Source: Treponemataceae bacterium (GTDB lineage Bacteria; Spirochaetota; Spirochaetia; Treponematales; Rectinemataceae). Taken from it: a stretch of DNA of 64,000 nucleotides. A program made the position numbers and the translations under genes. Numbering within the stretch: the first letter of the stretch is position 1; every line of letters begins with the position of its first letter. The DNA lies in assembly GCA_963678065.2 (NCBI GenBank), contig CAXXVZ010000003.1:2048001-2112000 (forward strand), in the 5' to 3' direction. Positions 1-9,296 of this stretch are shown piece after piece. A model generated the notes under the pieces. The model was given only the letters and a program-made list of their open reading frames with translations. It was not told the origin of the DNA and made no database searches.

Positions 1-24
1 CATTGAAATCCTTGCTTTTCCCAT
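1..24 (-). CDS. 5' end of a gene running off the left edge (MGKARISM...)
   Basis: Minus-strand ATG at 24-22 preceded by SD-like AGGGGGA; only 8 codons are visible. Confidence 0.4.
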
Positions 25-41
25 GTTTCCCCCTAGATACG

Positions 42-85
42 GAGTGGCAGGTCGAGAGCTTTGTAGCATCGATCGACCGCCACTC
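42..85. other. intergenic stem-loop
   Basis: gagtggc..ggtcga..gct-ttgt-agc..tcgacc-gccactc inverted repeat between the 109..822 gene and the next gene. Confidence 0.6.
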
Positions 86-108
86 ACACTCTCATTATTA
101 AGGCAGCA

Positions 109-822
109 TCAATCGCGATCCAGATCGCGCACATGCAAACTTTGTGCCGTGGTCGTTCTTAGAGATGCAGCCAGCGAGCGATCTGTCATAAGGGTCTGTG
201 CGAGCCGTGTATTCCCCGATTTTGTCAGAAGAAAGCAGCCATTGGTCAGTCCGGCGAGCTCTCTGATGTTGGAATGACCGGCATAACCGATATCGGAAAA
301 CTTCCCCAGATATTTCCCGTTCTGGTAGACTTCCACAATTCCTACAGCGTTGGTGTTGATAAAGTAAGGTCCGTACTCGCCCGGATCGGACCTCACTCCC
401 GTGATTTTCCACAGTCCATCGGGAAAGTCGATAGGTTTTGAGGTCAACCCTGTCATCCCCCTCGTGGCAAGAGCGGAAGCAGCCGTGGGGTAGAATGGTG
501 CCCGGATGGTATTTTGGATCTTCGCACTGATCGGCAGTGTATAGACTTCATCGGGACGAGCGCCCCACGGTCTCGGATCAGGTTGAGGATCATATACCCT
601 TACCGTCACCGATGTTCTCATATCGTCCATGTCGACATGTACATCTCCGCCCACAAGTTGTGTCGCTTCGGCATCGGATAGCTGGATGCCGTCCACAAGG
701 AAGTACTGCTCCGTCAGGTATCCGGAGGGATGGGCGTCATTCGCCACCGGAATCTGAGCGGTTGTGGCTCCAGCGGCGCAGGCCGCGGCAACCATTGCGA
801 TGAAACAAAGGAATCTGTACAT
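109..822 (-). CDS. secreted hypothetical protein with double-glycine-like motif and YkuD/Tlde1-like His..T-x-G-C motif (237 aa)
   Basis: Start re-set to ATG 822 (AGGAGG SD upstream); signal-peptide-like MYRFLCFIAMVAAACAAGA; LSDAEATQLVGG; FPDGLWKITG; GYAGHSNIRELAGLTNGCFLL. Confidence 0.7.
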   Translation of the reverse strand: MYRFLCFIAMVAAACAAGATTAQIPVANDAHPSGYLTEQYFLVDGIQLSDAEATQLVGGDVHVDMDDMRTSVTVRVYDPQPDPRPWGARPDEVYTLPISAKIQNTIRAPFYPTAASALATRGMTGLTSKPIDFPDGLWKITGVRSDPGEYGPYFINTNAVGIVEVYQNGKYLGKFSDIGYAGHSNIRELAGLTNGCFLLTKSGNTRLAQTLMTDRSLAASLRTTTAQSLHVRDLDRD

Positions 823-881
823 CGTGTAACCTCCTGACAGTGTTACGCACGGCAGGTCCCTGTTTGCTTCAAAATTGCGGC

Positions 882-924
882 AAAAAATGAACGAATCCCG
901 GAGCAGAGCTCCGAGGTATCGTTC
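882..924 (-). terminator. intrinsic terminator-like hairpin upstream of the 822 start
   Basis: Minus strand gaacgatacctcggagc-tct-gctccgggattcgttc followed by attttttg. Confidence 0.55.
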
Positions 925-1135
925 GTTCTGTAAGGAATGGATTGTATGTGGGTCCATGCCCGATTGTCACTTCACAAGAAAGAGCGAAGCAGAGCTCCGG
1001 GGTATGGACCCACATGCGAATCAACTCACTGTCATTTTTCCTGAAAAACCTTTCGGAGGCTGCTCATTCGACCAGAATATGGACTCGATGTCGGGAAGGC
1101 TGTCCTCACCGAGGGGCACCATCCCGGAAATTCTG

Positions 1136-1912
1136 TCAAAAAACAGGCTCTACGACAGAGACTCCGCCTGGAATCTGGTAATTGAAGCGCTTCCACTGCA
1201 TGAATGGCTTATTGGCAATAGAAGTCGGCGCGATGACAAGTTCGAAAATCGCGCAGTTGTCCGTCGGGAGCAGGGGTTTCCAGCTTCTCAGTCCGAAAGT
1301 GGTCTTCACGAGCCACTGGAGAAAGCCTCCATGGGAAACGCAGACGATGCTGTTTTTCCCGGAACGGGCTTCATTTTCCAGCACGGCCCACGCGGACATC
1401 GCCCTCGCAAAGAGTGTCTCCGAGTTTTCGGCGCCCGGAACCGCGTTCCAGCTCTCGCCGTCGAAATTCCTGAATGAATCGGGGTATTGTTCCCGTGCCT
1501 GCTCGTAGGAAATTCCGGTGTAGGCCCCCGTATCCAGCTCGACAAAGACAGGATCGACCTGCGCGCCGGATAGCCCGCAGGCGGCCGCGAGGATGCCAGC
1601 TGTTTCCGATGCCCGCACAAGAGGCGATGAAAACACAGCGTCGATCCCCGTGCGGGAGAACCACGCACCGAGGGCGGCTGCCTGGGCGCGGCCGGTATCG
1701 TCGAGGGACAGATCCATCCTCCCCTGAAAAATTCTTCTGGCATTGCCCATACTTTGACCGTGCCGGACAAGGTAGAAGTGAGTTTCGCGGTCGAGTGCGG
1801 AAAAAAAGTCCTGTCCGGCGACCTCGTGCCGTCCGGACAGGATATCCTGGTTTGATGAATGTGCGTCGTGCATAGCTGGGCCGAGTATACCTGTCAGCCA
1901 AGGCTTGGCCAA
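1136..1912 (-). CDS. histidine phosphatase (phosphoglycerate mutase-like) family protein
   Basis: YLVRHGQS, FSSPLVRASETA and VSHGG motifs; start may be ATG 1873. Confidence 0.9.
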   Translation of the reverse strand: MAKPWLTGILGPAMHDAHSSNQDILSGRHEVAGQDFFSALDRETHFYLVRHGQSMGNARRIFQGRMDLSLDDTGRAQAAALGAWFSRTGIDAVFSSPLVRASETAGILAAACGLSGAQVDPVFVELDTGAYTGISYEQAREQYPDSFRNFDGESWNAVPGAENSETLFARAMSAWAVLENEARSGKNSIVCVSHGGFLQWLVKTTFGLRSWKPLLPTDNCAIFELVIAPTSIANKPFMQWKRFNYQIPGGVSVVEPVF

Positions 1913-3574
1913 CTACGCCGATATGAAGGTATCGCTGCCCCTGCTGAAGTAGGTGTTCACGATGTACAGGGCGATGCCCGTCACTGCGAGCAGTATCGTC
2001 GACATGGCGCTCGCCGTCCCGAAATAGCCGTCCACGACCGAGAGATAGATCTTGATGGGCATCGTCATCGTCTTCCCGACATAGAGGACAATGGAGGCGG
2101 AGAGTTCGTTCATCGAGGTGACCCAGCTCATGATGGCGCCCGAGACGATGCCTGCCTTCATGAGAGGCAGAGTCACCGTACGGAAGGTCCTCCCGGGAGC
2201 CGAGCCGAGATTGATGCCGGCCTCCTCAAGAGAGGGGTCAATCTGTTTGAGGATGGAAGCTGCGGAGCGCACCGAGTAAGGCAGACGCCTGATGAAATAC
2301 GTCAGGATGATGATGACGCCGGTGCCTGCGAGATAGATGGGTTTGCGGTTGAATGCGACGATGAAACCGATGCCGAGCACTGTTCCCGGAATGATGTAGG
2401 GAACCATCAGAAGAGGGTCGAGAATCCTGACCGCAAGATTCCGCTTGCGCGCGATGATGAACCCGAGCATCGTCCCCACGCAGGCGATGAGGATGACGGC
2501 GACGAGCGAGTAACTGAAGCTGTTTATGACCGTCTTGGGCACGTCAAAGAATATCTGCCTGTAGCTGTCCAGGCCGAAGCCCTTGGCGAAGACAGGTCCC
2601 GAGGTCTTCTTGAAAGAGAAGAAGACTATGACGGCCAGGGGCAGGGTCGACAAGGCGACGATGAGATAGCAGACGAGGTGTGCCAGCACCGACTTGATGC
2701 CCTTGAGGTCTTTAACGACCGGGCGGTTCACGAGCATGCTCGAATACTTTCGTCGCGCCGATGCCCATTGCTGGAGGATTATCACGAGGGAGGCGCAGAG
2801 CATGAGTATGATGGACACCGTCGAGGCCATTCCGGGTGTCTCGGCGATCTCGCTCGTGTAGAGGTTGTAGGCCAGGGTGGGCAGAACGAGGTAGTTGCCG
2901 CCGATGATCATCGGAGTTCCGAAGTTGGACAGGGACATCATGAAAGCGATGAGGGCGCCGCCCGTGACTGAAGGCAGAACGAGAGGTATAGTGACCTTGA
3001 AGAAGGTGCGGGCTCCTTTCGCTCCAAGGTTCTCGGAGGCTTCCTCCAGTGAACGGTCGATGGTCATGAGGGCCCCGGCAGTCATGAGGGAAATGAAGGG
3101 ATAATACTGAAGGGAGTCGGCCAGGATGATGCCCAGGGGGCCGTAGATCTGAGGGAGGTTGATGCCGATCGCCGCGAGGGCAAGCCGGAGGAAACCGTTG
3201 CGGCCGAGCATCGTCACCCATGAATAGGCGCCGATGAAGGGTGGCGAGAGAAGGGCGAGGACGGCGAGTGTGTTGAGGATGTTCGATCCCTTGATCCGAT
3301 ACCGGGTCGTGAAAAAGGCAAGGGGTATTCCGAACACGAGGGAAAGCGCGGTTGTCGCGAAGGCTACTACCATGGAATGGGTGAAGGCCCTGATGTAGTA
3401 CATCTTTGACAGGAAAGTCGTCCAGTTGGAGAGCGAAAGGATGCCCGTTTCCTTGTCGGTGAAGCTGAATTTGAATACGTCGAAGAGGGGATAGACGAGG
3501 AAGACGGCGACGACGACAAAGCCCGCCAGCGTCACCAGAGTCCAGACATCGGCCCTCTTTTTGCCGATATTCAT
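1913..3574 (-). CDS. ABC transporter permease, FbpB/AfuB (iron(III)/sugar-phosphate) family
   Basis: 553 aa, two permease halves with EAA-like loops (LEEASENLGA, LEEAGINLGS). Confidence 0.9.
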   Translation of the reverse strand: MNIGKKRADVWTLVTLAGFVVVAVFLVYPLFDVFKFSFTDKETGILSLSNWTTFLSKMYYIRAFTHSMVVAFATTALSLVFGIPLAFFTTRYRIKGSNILNTLAVLALLSPPFIGAYSWVTMLGRNGFLRLALAAIGINLPQIYGPLGIILADSLQYYPFISLMTAGALMTIDRSLEEASENLGAKGARTFFKVTIPLVLPSVTGGALIAFMMSLSNFGTPMIIGGNYLVLPTLAYNLYTSEIAETPGMASTVSIILMLCASLVIILQQWASARRKYSSMLVNRPVVKDLKGIKSVLAHLVCYLIVALSTLPLAVIVFFSFKKTSGPVFAKGFGLDSYRQIFFDVPKTVINSFSYSLVAVILIACVGTMLGFIIARKRNLAVRILDPLLMVPYIIPGTVLGIGFIVAFNRKPIYLAGTGVIIILTYFIRRLPYSVRSAASILKQIDPSLEEAGINLGSAPGRTFRTVTLPLMKAGIVSGAIMSWVTSMNELSASIVLYVGKTMTMPIKIYLSVVDGYFGTASAMSTILLAVTGIALYIVNTYFSRGSDTFISA

Positions 3575-4674
3575 GTGTTTCCCCCGGGGGTGACGATCCT
3601 CTGGCCGTTAGCCGGATCGAAGAGCATGAGGGCGGCCGGTGGAATGGCGAATATCACCGTGTCACCCTTGGCCGGAATGTCGCCGGCCTTCGGCCTGTGC
3701 CTGTCGATCACGCAGCGGAAGCTGCCCGACTCGATCTCGAGGCTGGCCACCGAACCGAGGAAACTCGAGTCCGTCAGCCTGCCGCGCACGAGATTCCTGG
3801 CACCCGCATCGGGGACCTCGACGACATCTTCGGGACGGAACGCGACCTTGACAGCCTTGCCTGAATATCCGGCCGGGCTGCAGACTTCGAAGGCGAACGA
3901 TCCGGTTTTGAGTTCATGCATGCCGTTTCCGAGCCCGGCGCCCAGCTCGCCATCAAACAGGTTCACCTTTCCCACGAAGGTCGCGACGAAAAGATTGGCC
4001 GGGTTCTTGTAGACTTCCCAGGGCGCGCCGATCTGCTGGAGCTTGCCTCCCGACACGACGGCGATCCTGTCCGAGATGACGAGGGCCTCCTCCTGGTCGT
4101 GGGTCACATACACTGCGGTAATGCCGAGCTGTTTCTGGACAGCCCTGATCTCGTCCCTCATCTCGACGCGGAGCTTGGCGTCGAGGTTGGACAGCGGCTC
4201 GTCGAAAAGAAGGACGCGGGGCTCGATGGCCATGGCGCGCGCGAGGCCGACACGCTGCTGCTGGCCGCCCGAAAGCTGGTCGGGCGTACGCTTCTCGTAT
4301 CCGGAGAGGTGGACCGATTTGAGAGCCGCGGCGACGCGTTTGTCTATCTCCGCCTTGGAAAGCTTTCGCACGCGGAGACCATAGGCAACGTTCTCGAACA
4401 CAGTCATGTGCGGGAATACGGCATAGTTCTGGAAAACCATCCCGGTATCCCGCTGCCAGGCGGGTTTGTCGTTGACAAGTTCCGTGCCGAGGTACACATC
4501 TCCCTTGTCCTGCCGGTAGAACCCGGCGATCGTCCTGAGAAGCGTGGTCTTCCCGCAGCCGGAAGGTCCGAGAAGGGTAAAGAATTCCCCTTCCTTCACG
4601 AAAAGGTTGATGTCGGAAAGCGCGACCACCTCTCCGAAGCGTTTTTCCAGATTTTCGATGCGAATGGAAGTCAT
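3571..4674 (-). CDS. ABC transporter ATP-binding protein, FbpC/PotA family
   Basis: GPSGCGKT, LSGGQQQR, LLFDEPLSNLD; start re-set to ATG 4674 (MTSIRIENLEK). Confidence 0.93.
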   Translation of the reverse strand: MTSIRIENLEKRFGEVVALSDINLFVKEGEFFTLLGPSGCGKTTLLRTIAGFYRQDKGDVYLGTELVNDKPAWQRDTGMVFQNYAVFPHMTVFENVAYGLRVRKLSKAEIDKRVAAALKSVHLSGYEKRTPDQLSGGQQQRVGLARAMAIEPRVLLFDEPLSNLDAKLRVEMRDEIRAVQKQLGITAVYVTHDQEEALVISDRIAVVSGGKLQQIGAPWEVYKNPANLFVATFVGKVNLFDGELGAGLGNGMHELKTGSFAFEVCSPAGYSGKAVKVAFRPEDVVEVPDAGARNLVRGRLTDSSFLGSVASLEIESGSFRCVIDRHRPKAGDIPAKGDTVIFAIPPAALMLFDPANGQRIVTPGGNT

Positions 4675-4801
4675 TGTGTTCCCCGTTGGCTGAAATGCAA
4701 AGGGCGCGGCGCGAAAGGCACCACGCCCCTTTGTCGTTTCCTGATCACGCGGCAAGTCGGAAGCCGGGATCTTCCGACTTCCGGAGAGCCGCCCGCATGT
4801 T

Positions 4802-5779
4802 CTAGAGGTTCAGGTCCATGGCGATGTCGGCGAATTTCTTGGAGAAAGCCGTCTTGTTGTCTGCGGCCCAGCCGAAATCGTAGGGAACGGTCTTGATGTT
4901 TTTGATGGGGGGAAGACCTTTCGGATCCTTGGTATCTGTCCGGACGGAGCGGCGGGCCATGGCTCCGACAAGGTATTCCTGAGCCGTCTTGGACAGGCAC
5001 CAGTCGATGAATTTTTTGCCGTTCTCAACGTTGGGGGCGCCTTTGAGGAGGGCCATTCCATCGGGAGCCGCGACTGTCCCGTCCTCGGGATAGATGATGG
5101 CCACCGGGCCGCCGCCTTCGACATAGCGGAAGGCGTTGTCTTCGAGAGTGATGCCGACGGCCTGCTCGCCATCGTTGACGAACTTGGGCACGCTGCCGGA
5201 GGAAGCGGAGATGACCATGTTCTTCATGATGCCGGCATAGATGTCGAATCCCTTATCTTTGTAGATCGAGATGACATTGCAGAGCTGCATGTAGGAGGAT
5301 CCGGACTTGTCGGCGCGCGCGGAGGAAATCAGTTTCTTGAATCGGGCATCGGTAAGGTCCGTCCACTTGCGGGGATACTTGTCCGGGCTGAGCATCTTGG
5401 TGTTGACGATGAAGACGTTCATGATGCCGGTGTAAGGGAGCCAATTGGTGCCGACCTTGAATACCGGGGCGATCTTGTCCCATTCCTTGGGCGTGTAGGG
5501 AGCGAGGATCGCGCTGTCGGCCTCGAGTTGCTCGCCGCCGATGCTCCAGATCACGTCGGCCTGAGGATTGGAGGCCTCGGCCTTGGCGCGCTTGATGATG
5601 TCGCCGGAGCCGAGCTTCACATATTCGACCTTGATTCCCGTCTCTTTTTCGAAGAGCGGGACCATAGCGTTGATGATTGTCTCCTCATGGGCCGTGTACA
5701 CGACGACCTTATTGCTTGGTGCGGCGAAGACCGTAACGGCGGCCAGAAGAAGGAAGGCTGCGATGACTGATTTCTTCAT
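4802..5779 (-). CDS. ABC substrate-binding protein, AfuA/FbpA-like
   Basis: Start ATG 5779 with AGGAGG; signal peptide; FEKETGIKVEY, KAEASNPQADVIW, YPEDGT motifs. Confidence 0.88.
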   Translation of the reverse strand: MKKSVIAAFLLLAAVTVFAAPSNKVVVYTAHEETIINAMVPLFEKETGIKVEYVKLGSGDIIKRAKAEASNPQADVIWSIGGEQLEADSAILAPYTPKEWDKIAPVFKVGTNWLPYTGIMNVFIVNTKMLSPDKYPRKWTDLTDARFKKLISSARADKSGSSYMQLCNVISIYKDKGFDIYAGIMKNMVISASSGSVPKFVNDGEQAVGITLEDNAFRYVEGGGPVAIIYPEDGTVAAPDGMALLKGAPNVENGKKFIDWCLSKTAQEYLVGAMARRSVRTDTKDPKGLPPIKNIKTVPYDFGWAADNKTAFSKKFADIAMDLNL

Positions 5780-5864
5780 GTATTCCTCCTGAAAACGATT
5801 GATTTTGTCCGGTCGGCGGAGGGAATCGCGGCATCCGTGAAGGCCTCGGGCCGGTACACTGCCA

Positions 5865-6521
5865 CTATAACACCGTTTGAAGCTCCCGCGAAAGATTTTG
5901 CGACCTGAAATCATACTTTATCGCAGCAAAACCGAGAGCGCGCGCGGCGTCGCAATAGGCCTGGATATCGTCGACATAGAGGCATTCGGCGGCGGGCAGG
6001 CCCGAGTATTGAAGCATCCTGTTCCAGATGCGGGGATCTGGTTTCATAGCGCCGATCTTGTAGGACAGGATGTGGAGTTCCGGGATGGTTGCGAGAGTCT
6101 CGTGGTTGAAAATCCAGGTCGAGTGAAGGAAGGAAATATTCGACAGAATGAAGGTCCGCAGCCCACGCGCGTGGGCATATCGCAGGGCCTCTACGCCGTC
6201 GGGATTGGGTTCCAGGATGAGCATGAAAAGAGAGCAAAAATGCTCGTAGGTCAAGCCTGGGTATGCGTTGATCTTTTCAGACACCAGCTTGAAGTAGCCC
6301 GTTGAATCCAGTTTTCCTGTTTCAAACTCGGTCTCGAGCCTGCCGCCCCAGAGCATCTTCCCGATCGACGCCGGGTCATGAGGACAATACGCCGCGAGGG
6401 CCTCCGAAAAGGCATTCCTGTTGACGCGGCACAGAACATTGCCGAAGTCGAAAACCACTGCCTTGTACACGATTTCTCCCTTGTTGCTGCCCGAAAGCGG
6501 TTGCACCGATACGGACTTCAT
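5865..6521 (-). CDS. HAD-superfamily phosphatase (YihX-like)
   Basis: VVFDFGNVL, ILSN, MKPDPRIW, YVDD motifs. Confidence 0.88.
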   Translation of the reverse strand: MKSVSVQPLSGSNKGEIVYKAVVFDFGNVLCRVNRNAFSEALAAYCPHDPASIGKMLWGGRLETEFETGKLDSTGYFKLVSEKINAYPGLTYEHFCSLFMLILEPNPDGVEALRYAHARGLRTFILSNISFLHSTWIFNHETLATIPELHILSYKIGAMKPDPRIWNRMLQYSGLPAAECLYVDDIQAYCDAARALGFAAIKYDFRSQNLSRELQTVL

Positions 6522-7846
6522 TCCGATCTCCCCGAGGGATCCCAGACCAGCGTCTTCGAGGAAAACAGCTTCTCGATGGATGCGACATAGTCCTCCCGGC
6601 CAAAGACAGGCCTGAACTTTTCGCGGATCGACAAGGCGAGGGTGCCCCGGTTTTGCGCCAGTTCGCAGACCGCGGCGGCGAGAATGCGGGCTGGTTCGTG
6701 GTATGCCCGTTCCGGGTCGAGGGGAGCGAAATCCGGCCCGTGTATCGTGCCGCAGAACCCCGAGTACCCCAGCTGGCAGGTGGGCACGAGTGAGGCTACG
6801 TCGCCGATGTCGTCGCTGGCGAATGATTTGTCGGAAAAATCTATGGCTGCGGAGTCGAGGACGGAAGTCGCGGCCCTGCCGAGGACCTCTCCGAGGGCGG
6901 GGTCGGGTCTGAATGGCTGGTAGCCGGGCGCGTTGTCGATCCTGACGCTGGCTCCCACGGCGACAGCCCCGGCCGCGAGGGCCCGATCGACCTTGACACC
7001 TGCGTCCAGAATGGAGGCGAAGGACGCCCCTCGCACGTAGGTTTCGAGGACGGCAAGATCGGGAACGGTATTGACGGTGAGTCCCCCTGATTTCATGACG
7101 GGGTGGACCCGTATGTGGTCGTCGTCGCGGAAAGTTTCCCTCTGTGCGTGGATGGCCAGCATGGCGATGGAGGCGGCGTTCAGTGCGTTGATTCCCTTTT
7201 CCGGCCAGGCCCCCGCGTGGGCGCTTTTCCCGATAAAGGAAGCCCGCTTGGCCATAAACCCGTTGAGGGTTCCATTGACGGTGGCGACGCGCTCAGGGGA
7301 ATCGGCCATGGAATGGTATTTGAGGACGACGCAGGCATCGTCGAAAAGGCCAAGGCGGATCATCTCCTGCTTTCCGGAAAGGAAGTGGATTTTCCCTTCC
7401 GAGCGGAGGGAAAGCCTGAATTCCATCTCGAGGTATTCTTCCGCCGGCGTTCCAAGAAAGACGATCCTGACTCCTTCCTTCTCCGGTATGCCCGCGGCGG
7501 CGAGTGCGCGAAAAACGGCTGCCATGACGGTCATCTGCGCGTGATGGCCGCAGGAATGGGCCACGCCCCCCTCCACGCCAGGCGTGAGGATGGCATCCAT
7601 GTCGGCGACGAGGTATATCGCGGGCGCCCCCGCGGGTCCGAGTTCGGCCATGACTCCCGTCAGCGCAAGTCCGGTCCTGACGCGCGCCCCGCTGACCGAG
7701 AGTGCCTCGGCCAGAATCGCGGCGGTCGCGTTTTCCCGGAACCCGAGTTCGGGGTTGGCCCTGAGTCTGGATGCGAGGGCTTCCGTGCCCGCCGATTCCA
7801 AACGCAGTATCCCCTGAACTTCCTGAACCCCTCTCATGCCTGTCAT
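6518..7846 (-). CDS. M20 family amidohydrolase
   Basis: PELGFRE, ADMDA, HSCGHHAQ, PAEE, AHAG..GINALNAA motifs. Confidence 0.88.
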   Translation of the reverse strand: MTGMRGVQEVQGILRLESAGTEALASRLRANPELGFRENATAAILAEALSVSGARVRTGLALTGVMAELGPAGAPAIYLVADMDAILTPGVEGGVAHSCGHHAQMTVMAAVFRALAAAGIPEKEGVRIVFLGTPAEEYLEMEFRLSLRSEGKIHFLSGKQEMIRLGLFDDACVVLKYHSMADSPERVATVNGTLNGFMAKRASFIGKSAHAGAWPEKGINALNAASIAMLAIHAQRETFRDDDHIRVHPVMKSGGLTVNTVPDLAVLETYVRGASFASILDAGVKVDRALAAGAVAVGASVRIDNAPGYQPFRPDPALGEVLGRAATSVLDSAAIDFSDKSFASDDIGDVASLVPTCQLGYSGFCGTIHGPDFAPLDPERAYHEPARILAAAVCELAQNRGTLALSIREKFRPVFGREDYVASIEKLFSSKTLVWDPSGRSE

Positions 7847-7947
7847 ACTATTTCCCCTTTCCCGCGACGAAAGGTCTTCGAACCCTTTCCGTGCCGGGCA
7901 ACGGACACGCCGATCGAAACCGCCGCAGTCCGGAACTACAGCAAGCC

Positions 7948-8002
7948 TACACTGGTGTGTATAAATTTACAATTGACAACGACACTCGGGAATGACAACA
8001 AT
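7948..8002 (+). promoter_or_regulatory. putative sigma70 promoter with overlapping short palindromes
   Basis: TTGACA 7973-7978, 18 nt, AACAAT 7997-8002; TACAC-N4-GTGTA 7948-7961 and TGTA-N6-TACA 7958-7971. Confidence 0.4.
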
Positions 8003-8038
8003 GAGGCATCGCAGGAAAGGACGGACAGGAGGTCTTCC

Positions 8039-9115
8039 ATGAAACGGTCAGCAATCACGATTGCGCTCATTCTCGCGCTCTGCACGGTCATACCCGCAGC
8101 AGCCGCGGGTCCGACGAGCGTCTTCCTTCTCATCTCCGGTTCTCTCGGGGATAAGGGATTCAACGATTCCGCAAAAGCCGGCCTCGACATGATCAAGGCG
8201 AAGTACGGCAGCCAAGTCACGACCAAGTACACCGAGCTCGGAGCCGACACGGCCAAGTACGCGCCCTCCCTCGAAGACGCAGGCGCCGAAGGTTACTCCG
8301 TCGTGCTCTGCTCCAACAACTTCAACAGCGCCGTCCAGGAAATCGCTGCCCGCTACCCCAAGACCCTCTACGTCATGTACGACGGCTGGATCGCCGGAGA
8401 CATAAAGAACGTCTACTCCATCCAGTACAAGAATTCCGAAGCAGGCTACCTCGCCGGAGCGCTCGCGGGCGTCATGACCAAGGGCAAGAACGATCCCAAG
8501 CTCAACAACGCCAACATCATCGGCTTCATCGGCGGACGCGACATCACCGGCATCAACGACTTCTTCGTCGGCTACATCGCCGGTGCCCAGAAGGTCAATC
8601 CTGACGTCAAAATAGTCTACAACTACGTGAACTCCTTCACCGACACCGCGAAGGCCAAGGATCAGGCCCTCATCCAGTTCGGAACCTACAAGGCCGACGT
8701 CATCTACCACGCCGCAGGGCGCGCGGGACTCGGGCTCTTCGACGCGGCGGTCGAGACCGGCAAGTACGCCATCGGCGTCGACACCGATCAGGCTTCCCTC
8801 TTCGGGACCGAGCCTGCGAAGGCCAACCTCATCCTCTCTTCCACCATGAAGCGTGTCGACCTCACCCTCTTCAACGCTTTCGAGGGCTTCATGAAGGGCG
8901 AAAAACTCGGCGGACAGAAGGTCTACGTGGGCGTCGCGGAAGGCGTCGTCGCCTTCGCTCCCTTCAACAAAGCCGTCCCCGCCAGCCTTCAGAAGGATCT
9001 GGACAAGGTCATCGCCGAGATCAAAGCCGGCAGCGTAAAGATCCCCTCCGCCTTCTTCCTCAGTGCGGAAGAGATCAACAAGATGAGGGAATCCGTCAAC
9101 CCGAACAAGAAATAA
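8039..9115 (+). CDS. BMP family (PnrA/NupN-like) nucleoside ABC substrate-binding protein
   Basis: Start re-set to ATG 8039 (AGGAGG); GDKGFNDSA, GYLAGALAG, ADVIYHAAG, AIGVDTDQ, MKRVD motifs. Confidence 0.92.
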   Translation: MKRSAITIALILALCTVIPAAAAGPTSVFLLISGSLGDKGFNDSAKAGLDMIKAKYGSQVTTKYTELGADTAKYAPSLEDAGAEGYSVVLCSNNFNSAVQEIAARYPKTLYVMYDGWIAGDIKNVYSIQYKNSEAGYLAGALAGVMTKGKNDPKLNNANIIGFIGGRDITGINDFFVGYIAGAQKVNPDVKIVYNYVNSFTDTAKAKDQALIQFGTYKADVIYHAAGRAGLGLFDAAVETGKYAIGVDTDQASLFGTEPAKANLILSSTMKRVDLTLFNAFEGFMKGEKLGGQKVYVGVAEGVVAFAPFNKAVPASLQKDLDKVIAEIKAGSVKIPSAFFLSAEEINKMRESVNPNKK

Positions 9116-9184
9116 CCTTACATTGCGCGCTCGTCGGAAGGTCGCAGGCACGAAGCCAGTTACCTCCCGACGAACTGCGGGCTT

Positions 9185-9213
9185 CGGGATGATTTTTCAT
9201 CCCGTTTTTTTTT
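9185..9213 (+). terminator. intrinsic terminator between the BMP gene and the ATPase gene
   Basis: cgggatga-tttt-tcatcccg followed by T9. Confidence 0.75.
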
Positions 9214-9296
9214 ATGCGGCCGCGGCCGGAATCGTGGATTCCGCCGATTTCTCCCGGCAGGGTGATTCGGATAGCCAAATCCGGAGGGTATTCCCA

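Noticed and set aside
4697..4780. Two hairpins between the binding-protein and ATPase genes as a riboswitch
   Set aside because: Simple independent stems typical of intercistronic stabilisers; no aptamer motif recognised
7103..8038. Long N-terminal extension of the BMP ORF (670 aa)
   Set aside because: Antisense shadow of the M20 gene; the true start with SD and signal peptide is 8039
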